64,000 bases of DNA from Lama glama (taxonomy: Eukaryota), in contig CM052818.1 of the NCBI GenBank assembly GCA_028534125.1, positions 684,001 through 748,000 of the forward strand, in the 5' to 3' direction. A program made the position numbers and the translations under genes. The notes under the pieces are model-generated. The model had not been told where the DNA came from. It saw nothing but the letters and a program-made list of their open reading frames with translations, and ran no database searches. Positions 37,106 to 49,957 of the stretch are shown one piece after another; positions within the stretch are counted from its first letter, which is position 1; each line of letters opens with the position of its first letter.

Positions 37106-40100
37106 AAGAAAAGGGACTTGGCAGAGTTTGGGGCAGGACAAGCAGAGGGGAGCTCTGAAGGCATGCATGTGGGGGGTTGGGTAGCAGAGAGAGCTGTGTA
37201 TTTAGGGGCAGTAGAAGGGGAGGCAAGAGCCTGAAGCCTGGAGGGAACCCACACAGGGAAGTCACGGGAGCCAAGGGGGAATCAGGGTAAGGAGTGATGC
37301 TGGCCGTACCCAGTGCCAGAGACTGGGACAGAGCGGCCTCCAGACTGATCAAGGCCATCAGCAGGGCCAAAGCCAAGGAGCCAAGGAGAAGGGAGAAGAC
37401 AGTAGGAGGCAGCGGGAGGGGCTGGGGGAGGAGGAAAGGCCCTGGGACGGAAGTTGAGAGAGCCTGGAAGACTGGGCATACCAGTGTTTCTCAACCTGTT
37501 TTTGTATTCGCCCTACCCCAACCCCCTGGAAAATTTTAATTTAAATTAACCTTGTTAAATTAGAATTTAATTTATTTCTAATGAGAGCAATGAAATACTA
37601 AAGAATTAGATTTTGTCAGGTAGGGTTGAGCTTTGGCGTGCCACAAACCATTGTAATACCGTAAACATTTTTTGCTCTGCTAAGAACCAGTGCTTGCCTC
37701 CTCGGGGCTAACATTGCCCCAGCTGAGAACACATGGGGACCAAGTGCCAGCTGTGCCCAGGACGGGGGCCACCATGACTCCCAGAACCTGGAGCTGCCCC
37801 CTTATGGCCTGGGCTCCTTCCTCACCCACCAACCTCACTCACCTCCGTATTTACTCTATAGAGCGAGAAGGAGCAGGTATCCCCAAGCTTCCACCCTCCA
37901 ATCTCTCCCTTAAAAAGAGGCCATTGGGTGACTAGCAAATCCCTGCAGGCCTGCAAGAAAGAATGGACTCCCAGCCTCCTGGCTGGGCCCCAATCCCTGT
38001 CTGGAAGCGAGGGCAGTGAGCCCTTCCTCCGTGCTAAACCAACAGTTCACAGCTCCATCTCATTCAAGCTGCGCATTGACCCTCAGGAGACAGGAATTAT
38101 TATTATCCCTCCTTCACAGAGGAGGACAGTGAGGTTTAGAGCGGCAGATAGCTTGCAAGGGTCAGACCGTGCAGGCAGCCGAGTGTGGACTCCAGCCCAG
38201 GCCTGCCTGACCCTCCAGTCGGAGGGCCTACGCACTTTGCCCTGTTCCCACCCATTTTCTCAGCCACTTCCGCCCCCTTCCTCCATCTTCCAGGGACTCC
38301 GTTGATTTCCACTTGAGGACGTAAGTCTGGAAGCAAGTCTACTGGTGTGAGACATAACTGGGGACAGCCACAGAGCCCAGGACATCTACCCAGGGCTGGT
38401 AAGGGAGGGGAGGACATCTCAGATGACCAGGGCCCAGTCTGGGCTGCTGTGGCTTAATGCCTCTGCGGGGCTCATGGCTCCCTCGGGCAAGTGCCCTTCC
38501 TGTCCAAGGTGGCATGCAGAGAGAAGGGACGTTGAGAAGGTCCTCGCCAAGGCCCAGCAGGGAGATGGCGCCGTCTCCCCACCTGGGCGAGCTCTGCCTT
38601 CAGAGCCCCCTGGCGTGGTTACCAGGACCAGACGCTCCATGAGGGCCTCTCACTGGCACCTCATGGCCTTAGAGACACGACTGTCCCCAGAGACAACACA
38701 CCCAGCTTCTAATCTCTGAGCACGGCTCCCCAGAGCCCTGGGCTCTGTAGACCCTGCAATGAAGGTGAGACGCTGTAGATCACGGTGTTTCTGAAATGAG
38801 TCTCCCCGTAAGACACAAAAGGGCCTGGGGTTACCCTGGAAGGGTCCCACTGTAACTCAAGCGGACCCCAAACCAACAGTGATGGAAAGCGGTGACTGGA
38901 AGAGGTTAAGTGGCCGAACCCAATTCCAGGCAGAGCTGAGAAAGGAGGAGCGTGAGGGCCAGCGCCGGGCCGGAAGCAGTGGAGGAGAGCCGCTCAGGCC
39001 TCGTCTCTCAGCTCCTTTCTCCACCCCAGCCTCCTTTGACCTTCCCTCCAGCTCACCCTGCGATTTTGCAGCTCACTTTTGAGGTCTGAGCAGTGAGCCT
39101 CTGACCTCAAGGGTCTGGCTGTGGGCCAACAAGCCCGCCTTGGCCCGGACGGCTATGCTGGGGGCTCCTTCAGGCAAACTGCAACAGGAGAGGTGCTTGG
39201 GGCCTGTGTGGGGCCTGTCACTCCCACCAAAGAATGGGAAGAATTTCCCTCAGCTGACAGGCTGTGTGATCTATGCTGAGAAGCTAGAGGTCTCAGAAGT
39301 TTCCAGAACCCAAGAATCATCGAAGCCAAGTGGGTCTGGGCCTTCTTGGCATAACAGGAGAAAATGATGGGAGGAAGGGAACAACCCCTCACAGACACTC
39401 GGGCCCTAAGAGGGGTGCAGGTCTACACCCGCATCCAAGGGGATGGGGGAGGGGACCCTTGAACACAAGTATTTCATTTGTTGCAGGAGTGTTTGCTTTA
39501 TTGAGTTAGGAGATTAACAGAGTGAAAATCTCAAATCCGCAAGGAATTTTCCCCGGCGGTGCTTTTCTAGGGGTTATTAGTTTGGGGGATGTTTCAGGCC
39601 CTTGGAAAAGGAATCACCCCTGGACGGATTTAAATGGCCTTTTGAGCTCCACTGAGCCTTGCCCCTGTGTGCACGCTGGGGACTGTGTGTGCGGGCGTCA
39701 TTCTGATGTGATCAATGCTGGTAGGTCAGGCTGTTAATAAGATAGATTTTTATTAAGTCTGTCTCTTTAGCATTCCCGGGAGGGGAATGCAGCTGGCTGT
39801 TTGCTGATACTGACCTTGCCTGAAGGGAGGGCTGGGTCCAGTGGAGTGGGGCGGACCCCCTCACTACCGGCAACCAATTTACCCAGAATTCCACCTTCTG
39901 TCAACCTTGAAGGTGCCTGGCTGCAGGGGAGGAAGGGAAGGAGACTGATCTGAGCTGGAACTCGGCCAAGTGTGGAGGGCCCTTTGGGATCACTCAAAAA
40001 TAACCAAAGCTTAGAGCCTTCCATGGGCTCTGAAAGCAAACTCCAAATCCAGGCTGCCTCCGATCTCAACTCACAGCAGACCAAAAGCATGAACTTGCTG

Positions 40101-40561
40101 GAATGTTTTTTTCCTATGAGACACATATGTCCTAAAGATATCCCTGCAATGACCAGGAAAGGGCAGAAAGAGAGGCAGGAGAAATAGGTCAGCTTAGTCG
40201 GGTCAGACCAGATCAGCACATTTTCAAGAGCCCTGAACGGTTCTCTGCACATAGGCAGGGATGCTTTCTCGCTCTGTGCGGGATGGAGGAGACAGCCGGA
40301 ACCCCATCTCAGCCCCGAAACCGCTCCTGTTTACAGTCCTGCAGAGTGCTCACCCACCACCATTTCCCCTCTTAGCCTGGGGCAGAAGGCATCCTAGCCC
40401 TCTGGTCTCACCACTCACCTGGGATCACCCTTGTGGGGCCAGAGCTGCCCTTTCTATGTAGAAAGCAGAATAGAGAGCTGAGAATTCTTAGCAGAGAAGT
40501 CTACAAACCTCATTCATTCATGCAGCTACTCTTTACTAAGTGTTTACTGTCTGTAAGCCCA

Positions 40562-41061
40562 NNNNNNNNNNNNNNNNNNNNNNNNNNNNNNNNNNNNNNN
40601 NNNNNNNNNNNNNNNNNNNNNNNNNNNNNNNNNNNNNNNNNNNNNNNNNNNNNNNNNNNNNNNNNNNNNNNNNNNNNNNNNNNNNNNNNNNNNNNNNNNN
40701 NNNNNNNNNNNNNNNNNNNNNNNNNNNNNNNNNNNNNNNNNNNNNNNNNNNNNNNNNNNNNNNNNNNNNNNNNNNNNNNNNNNNNNNNNNNNNNNNNNNN
40801 NNNNNNNNNNNNNNNNNNNNNNNNNNNNNNNNNNNNNNNNNNNNNNNNNNNNNNNNNNNNNNNNNNNNNNNNNNNNNNNNNNNNNNNNNNNNNNNNNNNN
40901 NNNNNNNNNNNNNNNNNNNNNNNNNNNNNNNNNNNNNNNNNNNNNNNNNNNNNNNNNNNNNNNNNNNNNNNNNNNNNNNNNNNNNNNNNNNNNNNNNNNN
41001 NNNNNNNNNNNNNNNNNNNNNNNNNNNNNNNNNNNNNNNNNNNNNNNNNNNNNNNNNNNNN
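40562..41061. other. Assembly gap (500 N)
   Basis: Run of exactly 500 n, probably a placeholder length. The right side abuts (TA)n and an antisense L1 fragment. Confidence 1.
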
Positions 41062-41225
41062 TATATATATATATATAAACATTCTCTTTATCCAGTCATC
41101 TGTTGATGGACATTTAGGTTGCTTCCATATCTTGGCTATTGTAAATAATGCTGCAATGAATATAGTGGTGAGGGGCATATATCCTTTCTAATCAGTGTTT
41201 TTATTTTCTTTGGCTATATACCAGG
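41062..41225 (-). mobile_element. L1 fragment at gap edge
   Basis: Minus-strand translation FIAALFTIAKIWKQPKCPSTDDWIK (ORF2 C-terminus). Confidence 0.85.
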
Positions 41226-41479
41226 AGGTAAAAAGTGATTTTATATGAATCAGAACCTGGACCAAGTCCCAGGGAGAGGTTCCCCCAGGCCTCAGAGGCC
41301 CTGATTCCAGTGGAAGCTCTATCCTGTGGATCCAGGACAGCTTTGGAACATTTGTCTTATCCACCACACCTTTCTTCTTTTCATTCTAAAAACCTTTTAG
41401 GGGATGTTGTGTTAGGTCCTGTGGGAGAATTAAAAAGAGTAAAGTATGAATCTGTTCTTGAAATGCTTACCATCTGGTG

Positions 41480-41672
41480 CAGATGTCTGCAAACTTTTCT
41501 GTGAAGGGCCAGCTAGCAAATATTTTAGGCTCTTTGCCCATACCTCTTCCTTTTCCTGTTTATTCTTCTTTTTCACAACCCTTTAAAAATTTTAAGATCA
41601 CTAACTAACTGGCCATACAAAAACAGGCTGTGGTGCGCTTTTAACCCACAGAGCGTGGTTTTTCCACCCCTG
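41480..41672. mobile_element. MER58-like hAT element
   Basis: gcaaacttttctgtgaagggccag...ggccatacaaaaacaggc...ccacccctg. Confidence 0.6.
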
Positions 41673-43355
41673 ATCTAGTGTAAAAGCCAGACGTGTGCTC
41701 AGACACACAGATCACTAAAAACCAGGGCAGTGCGTGTGAAGCGGTAAGAACGTGGCGCTCATGTCGGGAGACTTGCCCTCAAAACCCGTCTTGACCACGG
41801 AAAGCTCCTCATCCTCAAAGGGTCTCCTTACCTACACAATGAGAGAGGTAACAGACCTACTTTGTGGATGGTTATGAGGATTTCAGAAGAAAGACTTTCG
41901 ATCACAGGGAGTTAGTCAACCACAGAAGGCTGTGGGGTTCATTCCAGAGCAGTCTAAGACAGAGGTCTGCGCCTGTCTGGTCCTGGTCCCAGGCAGATCT
42001 CATTTGCAGAGATGGAGGATCTCTTATCCTGAGTCTGTTAAACATTTGAATCACTTTGTTAACGAGCCGCATTTTGATCCTATAACTTTCTGATGTTAAC
42101 TTGACATTTCCTGTATGGTTGCCTATAAGGAGAGAATGCAAGGACTAAAAGACAAGAATAACCAACCTCTATAACTGTTATAAATTGTATTTTATATTGT
42201 GAATTAAATAAATTGGCCTTTGGGTTTATATATCAGCCTTATGAACTTGGTTAGTGTTAGTCAGTATCCCCGGACCTAATCATCTCTGGGACAATAAAAA
42301 GACAAATTTCAGAGTCTAGCCTGGGGTTGGATAACCTAAGAGGCTTGGGGGGCCTTTCTGGTGCCGTCAGCCCCTCTTTGTACCCTCTAAACTCCTCCAT
42401 ATGCCTATTGGCTCCTGATCCATGCCTGCCTGCTCAGTCTTACATATTTTCAAATTATGATCTTCCAAATTCACTATCCAGTTTGGTTTGAACAAACACA
42501 CCGTATGTGTAGTCTTCACCAGTTGTATAAATAACTTTTTGCATTATTTCATATACATATGTGAATGCATGTGCTTGTCATTATGTAGGACGAATTTGCC
42601 AAATGAATTGTAGGACTGGGCAAGAATTTGCTTAGGAGCTCCTCTTTCGAAAAGCTTTCCTCCCGTAGATCATCTCTTGGTGCCTCTGTCAAAGACTGAA
42701 CGTAGGGAGTGTCTGATGGCTCCTCAGGCATCTCTAGGAAGAGTCTTCATTGGCCTATAAAGAGTTAACACTGGCCTTTGGTTTCTTCTGGAAAATCTGG
42801 GGCACTGGTAAGACTCAATGTGAAGTTACATAGCTTTGCTGGATAATGGAGAAAAACTGACATTCATGTTACTTCTAAGAAATGAGTATTTTAGAGTCCC
42901 CAAATTTATTACAAACAGCCCTCAGGCAGAGAGCAAAAACATGGTGTCTTGATGCTTTGTAAGTAATACATGGGTGTCAAGTCTTAGGATGACGGTTGAT
43001 GTGGAGGGGATGAGAGCATTACAGAATAAAAGTCAGTGAAGCGTTACAGAATAAAAGTCAGCAAGGCCACACAGATGAAGAATTCCCACAAGAGGGGTGT
43101 GTACTTTACAACTTTTCTATGAGGAAAGGTTCATCTAAGAAACAAATTCATGCAATTATAAGTCTTAAAGCAACTGTTTAGAGACAACACAACTTTAACG
43201 TTAAAGGTTGCATTCTATAGGAGATTACATTTTTAAAAAGCTTTAAAATCAGGGTGTCCTAAGGGGAACTTTTGCAAACAAATCAGCCAGGACATAATTT
43301 AATGATAATGACATGCAGAATAAGTACAGAAAGAAAGGACCTTGGGTCTAATTGC

Positions 43356-43365
43356 TGTGTGTGTG

Positions 43366-43424
<59 letters not shown>
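43356..43424. repeat. (TG)n microsatellite, about 34 units with one interruption
   Basis: Seen directly in the sequence. Confidence 0.97.
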
Positions 43425-43426
<2 letters not shown>

Positions 43427-43524
43427 TCCAGACTTTAGTGTTATCTAACCACATATAATGGTCTGCTCATTGCTTTGGCTTCTCAAAGACCTATGTCTTC
43501 CTTTTAAAAAGTATTTTTTAATTA

Positions 43525-44072
43525 AAAAAAATTTAACACCTTTATTGTGGCATGATTCCTGTGTAGTAAACTACACATATTTCAGGTGAACAATTTGATG
43601 AGTTTTGATAGATGTATACACCAGTGAGACCAGCACCACAATTGAGATAGCTAACATTTCCATCACTCTCCAAGAGGCACAGATTTTGAATTCCCAATTT
43701 ATCCCTCCCCACCCTCTTTACCCACTGGTAACCATAAGTTTGTTCTCTATGTCTGTGAGTCTGTTTCCGTTTTGTACGTAAGTCCATTTGTGTCCTTTCT
43801 TTTTTTAGATTCCACAGCTAAGTGATAGTGTATGGTAGTTTTCTTTCTCTTTCTGACTTAAAAACTTCACTTAGAATGACAATCTCCAGGTCCATCCATG
43901 TTGCTGCAAATGGCATTCTTTTATTCTTTTTTTATGGCTGAGTAGTATTCCATTGTATGTGTATACCACATCTTCTTTATCCAGTCATCTGTAGATGAAC
44001 GTCCGGGTTGTTTCCATGTCTTGGCTATTGTAAATAGTGCTGAACATTGGGGTGCAGGTGTCTTTTTGAATT
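43525..44072 (-). mobile_element. L1 composite: older L1 3' terminus abutting a younger L1 3'UTR fragment
   Basis: Change of subfamily-like text near 43675. Confidence 0.7.
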
Positions 44073-44807
44073 ACAGCTGAGGTTCTGATGTCATTAGTCT
44101 GGGGTCAGCCTGGATGCTGAAATTGTTAAAAGTCCCCAGATGACCCTACTGTAGCTAAGGCTGAGAGCCACTGGTACATATGCTGGCCAGGGCAGCATCA
44201 GTGGGAGTTATAACTTGTTTCCATCTGAGGGTGGAACTAGAGTTCAAGTCTCTGTCTTCAGCCTTTTCTAGATCCTTAAAGGACACCCACCCTCTCCAAC
44301 ATCCTGTGGTTTGGCGGCGCCTAGTAACTTGCCCCATGGTGCTTTCTACCACTCTTGGTATTAACTGAAAAGCAACTTCCTCTAATCGTATCAGTGACCA
44401 AGTTACTAGTTACAGAGAAGGCCTCAGTTCTAGAGCCCCTTTGCGTGACTGAGAACTGCTTTCTGTGACATGTGACTCTTTGAGGTCCCATTCAGCTCCA
44501 TCCCAGCCGGGAGTGGGCCCCTGGCGCCTGCCCCTGGCCTGGACAAAATCTCTGAGAGTCCTTTTCCAGCCCAGAGTTTTTCTTTCCATTTGACCTGCTT
44601 CTCCAACTCTAATTCCCCACTTTCGAAGCCATCTGTGATATAAAGGTCACTTTGCAATGAGTTGCTTGGGATTACACATTAACCATCTTATCAGGCTTCC
44701 AGGAGTTTTTAAGCCTGGCTTTGGTCAGAGGCTTTTTAAAGAGCTCATTCCTTTATACATTCTGAAAAGTGGTTAAACGTTTTATTACGGAAAATTCAAA
44801 GTGATAC

Positions 44808-45317
44808 TGTTGCAGAAAAATGTGTCACAGCTCAGTGTTACAGCTCAGTTGTGACAACCACCTGGATCCAGGCGAGAAACTAAACAGCACTTGGAGAGTT
44901 GGAGAACTCAGGTTTATTACGCCAGCAGGCCCAAAAGAGTTAACACTCCAAGCTCTGGACCCTGTGTGTAGGTTTACACAGGCCTTTTATAGGCTGCCAG
45001 TTTTACACTTTGCAACATCATATGCAAATAAAGTACAACAGAAGTTGACCAACCAGGAACAAGCTTTGTAGAAATAGACCAATCAGGAGTGAGCTCCATG
45101 CAAATGAAGTACTACAAATGGACCAATCGGGAGTGAGAGTAATAACCAATCAGAAGTGAGCTCAGGGAACCAATAGCATTCTAGGTGTAAGTTAGCCACT
45201 TTAGAGGCAAAAAGTCAGATAGAGCCTCTCTGGGCCAGGGAACCGGACGGTGCTAAGAAGAGAGCAGCGGCCCTGCCTAGGGGTCTTGCTGGTCTTTTTA
45301 TGGGGCTTCCCACGTCA
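44808..45317 (-). mobile_element. Solo LTR with CCAAT and octamer array (copy A)
   Basis: TG...CA ends. Minus-strand TATAAAA (44985-44991) and AATAAA (44913-44918). TSD atac/ttac. Homologous to 57528-58082. Confidence 0.85.
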
Positions 45318-45519
45318 TTACATAGTAGAATGACCTCCCCACAACACACCCATCACCCAGCTTCAGTGGTTACCAGCTAACTCATAGCCAAAGTTGTGCA
45401 TCATTTTCAACACATTGCTCCAGACACACACACTGGATTAGGCTGACACAAACCCAGACACCATGTGAATCCATCTATAAATATGTCAGTAGGTGATTCT
45501 AAAAGATAAGCCCCTGGAA

Positions 45520-45850
45520 ACCAACATTCTACTTTCTGTCTGTATAATTTTAACTACTCTAAATGCCTCATATAAGTGGAATCATATAGTATTTTTCTTT
45601 TCATAACTGGCTTGTTTCACTTTGCATAGTGTCCTCCAGGTTCCTCCATGTTGTTAGCTATATCAGAATTCCCTTTCTTTTTAAGGCTCAGTAATATTCC
45701 TCTGTACATATGTACCACATTTTGTTCATCCATTCATCCACTGGTAGACAGCTGGGTGCTTCCACATTTTAGTTACTATGAGTAATACTCCTGCGAACAT
45801 GGATGTACAAAAATATCTTTAAGACACTGTTTTCAATTCTTTTGGGTGAA
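45520..45850 (-). mobile_element. L1MB-like fragment
   Basis: cattctactttctgtc...cctcatataagtggaatcatatagtattt. Confidence 0.75.
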
Positions 45851-45974
45851 GGCCTTTTTCTTTCTAATACAAGCACAGTATTATTGTCACATCTGAAAAA
45901 AATGATCATAATTCTTTATTTTCCTCTAATTATCCAGGCAGTATCCATATTTCCCAGATCATCTCATATTTTTT

Positions 45975-46448
45975 GTTTTTTAATTTTTATTATTATTATT
46001 TTTTACTTGATTTGAATATGTGGGTCTCAATTTATTTTCATGAGCAATGGTTTGAATTTATTTGCCACCCTAAAGCATTGAGTCCTGACTTCATGGAAAT
46101 GTACACAACATGAAACATTCAGATAGTAATTTTGCAAAAATTAGTAAAATTTATCCATCATTATATTGTTTAAACAACCACATTAATTCTCAATGTAGAG
46201 ATAGTGGCCAATTGAAGATGACTTGAGGAATTAATCTATTTACAGCGTCTTATTGCTGCATTTCCTGAAATTTTTACAAGCAATATTTTGTTTGCTTTTA
46301 GCCATTGTAGCCTTCTGCTTCAAATGAAAGCTTACCTCCTATGGTTGGAATAGTTTATTGAGAAGGAATTACACAAAGAAAGCTTAAAATATGAAGAAGA
46401 CTGACATAAAGATGATGTGAATGATTGTGTCACCATGCCTGAGATAAA
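45975..46448 (-). mobile_element. Orphan retroposed insert with poly(A) tail and 67-bp TSD
   Basis: Direct repeats at 45908-45974 and 46449-46515, T-rich tail 45975-46004, minus-strand AATAAA at 46031-46036. Confidence 0.7.
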
Positions 46449-47189
46449 ATAATTCTTTATTTTCCTCTAATTATCCAGGCAGTATCCATATGTCCCAGAT
46501 CATCTCATATTTTTTAATATAATTGGTTCACACATTGCATTTGGGAGATATATCTATTACATCATTTTTAATCTAGAGGTTCCTCCTCCTTTATCTTTCC
46601 CTTGCAATTGCAGCTATTGCTAGAGAAATTGCATCATTTGTCCTGTATGGTTTTCCACATTCTGAATTGTGTTAATTGCATCCCTGTGGTGCTGTGTAAC
46701 ACGTTCCTCTGCTCCTGTCTTCCCTGGGAGGTGATAGCTGGGTCCAGGCTTGCTTGATTCCTGTCTGACTTTTTCACAAGACTAATTCATAGATGATGGT
46801 GTCTGCTTCCATCAGAAGGCAGCTCCTGCCCGGCTGATCTCCGCGTGTGTGTTTGTGATGTTACTAGACTCTGATGATCATTGCTTAGATCGTTCTGAGT
46901 ATTTTAAAACACACTTAAACCCCACAGTTGTTGAGCTCTCTTTTTCCCAGTCATTTCCTCGCAGCCAGACTTCACCCCAAGTAATCAGAAAGGCCTCACT
47001 GCCCTCAAGCAGGATGGAGCAAGCATTTAACGAGAGCTACTCTGGGCAGGGGACCATCAGGGGACACCAGAGAGGAAATAGTGCCTTCTGTCCTCAAGAA
47101 GCTCGATGTCTATTTGGGGAAGCAGGTATTTACCAAAACATTTGGAAAACACAATTGACTACAATTAACTGTTATTTTAGACCCTGAGC

Positions 47190-48245
47190 CCCAGAAGTCA
47201 GGAACTTTACCCGGAGCAGTCTGTAGCAGAGTTACCTGGATCCCACCCAGACATTCTGATGTAAGTTGGTCTAGGGCATGACCTTAGGCTCATCAAGATT
47301 TTAAAAGTATCTGAGGTATTTTTGTGTGCAGCCAAGTTTAAGAGTCATCGTCCGAGGATAGTGGTTCTTAGAGTGTGGCCCCTGGCTGGGCAGCATTGGC
47401 ATCACCTGGGAACTTGGTAAAAGTATCCAAATTCTTGGCACTCCCTCCCTTCCACCCCAGACCCATGGAATCAGAAACGCTGGGGTAGGACCCAGTAATC
47501 TGTATTTTCACAAGCCTTCTGGGTGACACTGATGCCTGCTTAAGTTTGGGAGCCTGATCCTAGGTGTTTGTTCTAGGAGGGTAAGCGGGGTAAGCGGGAG
47601 AGCCTATGCAGGGAAGTGGCACTCTTGCCGGGCGATGGAGAAAAAAGGGTCAGACCTAGAAAACAAACAGAAAACAGGGCATTCTATAGTGAGTGTGGAA
47701 ACACAATCCTGGCGACCTTCAGACCTGCAGCGACAGCATGCCTGGGGGCTTGTTAGGGATGCAGAATCTTGCCCTGTCCCAGACCTGCTGAATCAGAATC
47801 TGCACTTTAACAAGCTCCCCAGGTGACCTGTAGGCACATGAAAGTTGGAGAGATGCTGGTGTAAGTACGTACCGTAGTCATACAATCAGAGAAATGAACG
47901 CATGGAATGGCCACGCTAGGAAGGAGGCTCCAGGAATTCCCCCACCCTTTCAGCTGGTGTTCTCGGAGCCATCCTAAGGGAAAGAGGCCATGTCCTCTCT
48001 TTTATAAAAAGAATGGGACCCATGTGCACAGAGCTGTTTGCCTGCACTGGGACCCCAGACAGGCCCGACTATCCCTGAGCCACACGGTTCTCTGTGGCTA
48101 CAGAGCAGAGGCTCATCAAGTCTCAGGGCACAAATAACCTGGGAGTTCCATGGCCAGGCCACCCTCCTGGTGGGGTGACCATCCAGGCATCAGTATTTTT
48201 AAAAATCTCCCCGGGCAATTCTAATAGACACTGAAGCTGAAAACC
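47190..48245. mobile_element. Cluster of MER5-type hAT MITE copies
   Basis: Repeated MER5 motifs (gtggttct, catcacctgggaacttg, gaatcagaa, aacaagctccccaggtga) near 47230, 47360-47550, 47720-47860 and 48190. Confidence 0.65.
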
Positions 48246-49713
48246 ATGACTGCAGATCTTGGGTCCTGCACGTTGCCATGTTCTACTCAGGGTGACAGGG
48301 AGCTTAATGTCTAGCTGTAGCCATTAAAAGCACAAAATTAAGCGCCTTGTCTTGGGCATCCTGTGTCAATACCTGGATTCCCAAGACAATTGCAAGGAAG
48401 ACAGAAGAGGTAGCCCTGGTGAAGTTGCCGAGTTTCCTGGAATTTAATAAATCAAGTTCTCACGGGATGCTAGTAGCAGGGTCTGAGGCTGGGACTGCCT
48501 TGTATCTGGAAACAGGTAAGTTTGCTTTTCTGCAGACTGCGCTCAGGTGGGTTGATGCCCTGGGCTGTTTGTGTATGGAGCTAACGTTTTGTGGCTGCTT
48601 ATAACAGTACAAATAGCTGAAGTCCTGGGAAGTGAGGAGGACTGATCGTCCTAGCTATCTGGGGTTACTAGAAGGATGCTGCAATGAGGTGTGAACTCTC
48701 ACCCTTTCAGGTGGAGTTGCGTTTGTAAGGCAGGGAGCTGAAGGATGGATGCATGGGAGAGAACTGCCTGCAAGTCCACTCAGGATGCTTGTGAGACACT
48801 GTGGAAAGCAATCCACCCAAGTGGCCCCATGCACTGGGACACATCACAACTTTGGGTGGATGGGGTGAGGCTGTGGAGCAGCAAAAGGGTCCCTAATGGC
48901 AAGGAGACAGTGTAATTTATCTTGTGTGTTTTTAGAGGAAAAGGGGGGCAATTTGAGTCATTAAATAGGAGAAAGACTCTCAGGGAGAAGAATGAGCTTC
49001 TTCTGAGCAAAACATTTGGACCTGTCCATTCATCTCTTCCTTGCAAACCCTTATTTTAATACAACTTTTAGAAAACCTTTGTATTGATAGCATACGGACT
49101 TGGATCGATTGTAACTTAAACCGTGTTCTCCCAAATATATTTGCCTGGTGAAAAAAAAAAAACACCAACTACATCTTGGTGAGTTTCTGAGGCAAATAGA
49201 TGCTTAACTCCATGTTTTAGGTTTTTACCTTCCAGGCCTCCTCTAATCAAACCTCCCTGTCCTGGGTCCCTTCAGGCCCCCAAGGCCCCATCAGGCTCCT
49301 GGTTAACTGGTCTCAAGTAAATGTATTGAATCAGGACGTTAAACACTGATAATGCAAAATACTCACACGATTGTGTAAAGAGGAGATCTGACAAAGGAAA
49401 AGGCGTTCAACCTCTCTCGTAATCAAAAGAATGCAAATATGATATAATTTTCCAATGACCAAATGAACAGAGGTGAAAAAGAATGACTAGTTTGAGAGAC
49501 TTCGAGAAAGGCGAGGTCTCCTGTCCACTGGTGCAAGTATGAATTGGCACCATTTTTTTGGAGAACAGTTTGACAATGTACATCATACACTCAATAATGT
49601 GCAGACACAGCAGTTCAACTTCTGAGAATTAATTGTAACGAAATTTATCAAGCAGAGGCCAGAGATTTTCAAACCAGCCTGGTTTATAATAAAGGATATA
49701 ATTAAAGAATATA

Positions 49714-49957
49714 GGGGGGAGGGTATAGCTCACGTGGTAAAGCACACGCTTAGCATGCACGAGGACCTGGGTTCAATCCCCAGTACCTCCTCTATTGTAA
49801 ACAATACTGCTATGAACATTGGGGTGCAGGTGTCACCCTGAAGTAGGGTTCCTTCTGGATATAAGCCCAGTAACTCCTCTAAAAATAAATAAACCTAATT
49901 ACTCAGCACTCCCGCCAAAATAAAATAATTAAATAATAAATAAATAAAAATATTTTA
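49714..49957 (+). mobile_element. Vic-1-type SINE carrying an internal 72-nt L1 fragment
   Basis: TSD aaagaatata at 49704-49713 and 49958-49967. Insert at 49794-49865. Confidence 0.85.

Noticed and set aside
39972..40187. 71-aa ORF ending next to a donor-like gtcagc
   Set aside because: The stop codon precedes the donor and I see no recognisable homology.
40433..41191. Long ORFs of 180-260 aa here and at 60496-61287
   Set aside because: Artefacts of translating through N gaps.
45040..45180. CRISPR-like repeat array (ccaatcaggagtgag units; also 57770-57945)
   Set aside because: Eukaryotic DNA, degenerate units with short irregular spacing, no cas genes; this is an LTR U3 enhancer array.
48467..48521. 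Alternative coding first exon (ATG 48467, donor CAG|gtaagt 48516)
   Set aside because: It ends in phase 1 while the next exon (54218) needs phase 2, and there is no other support.
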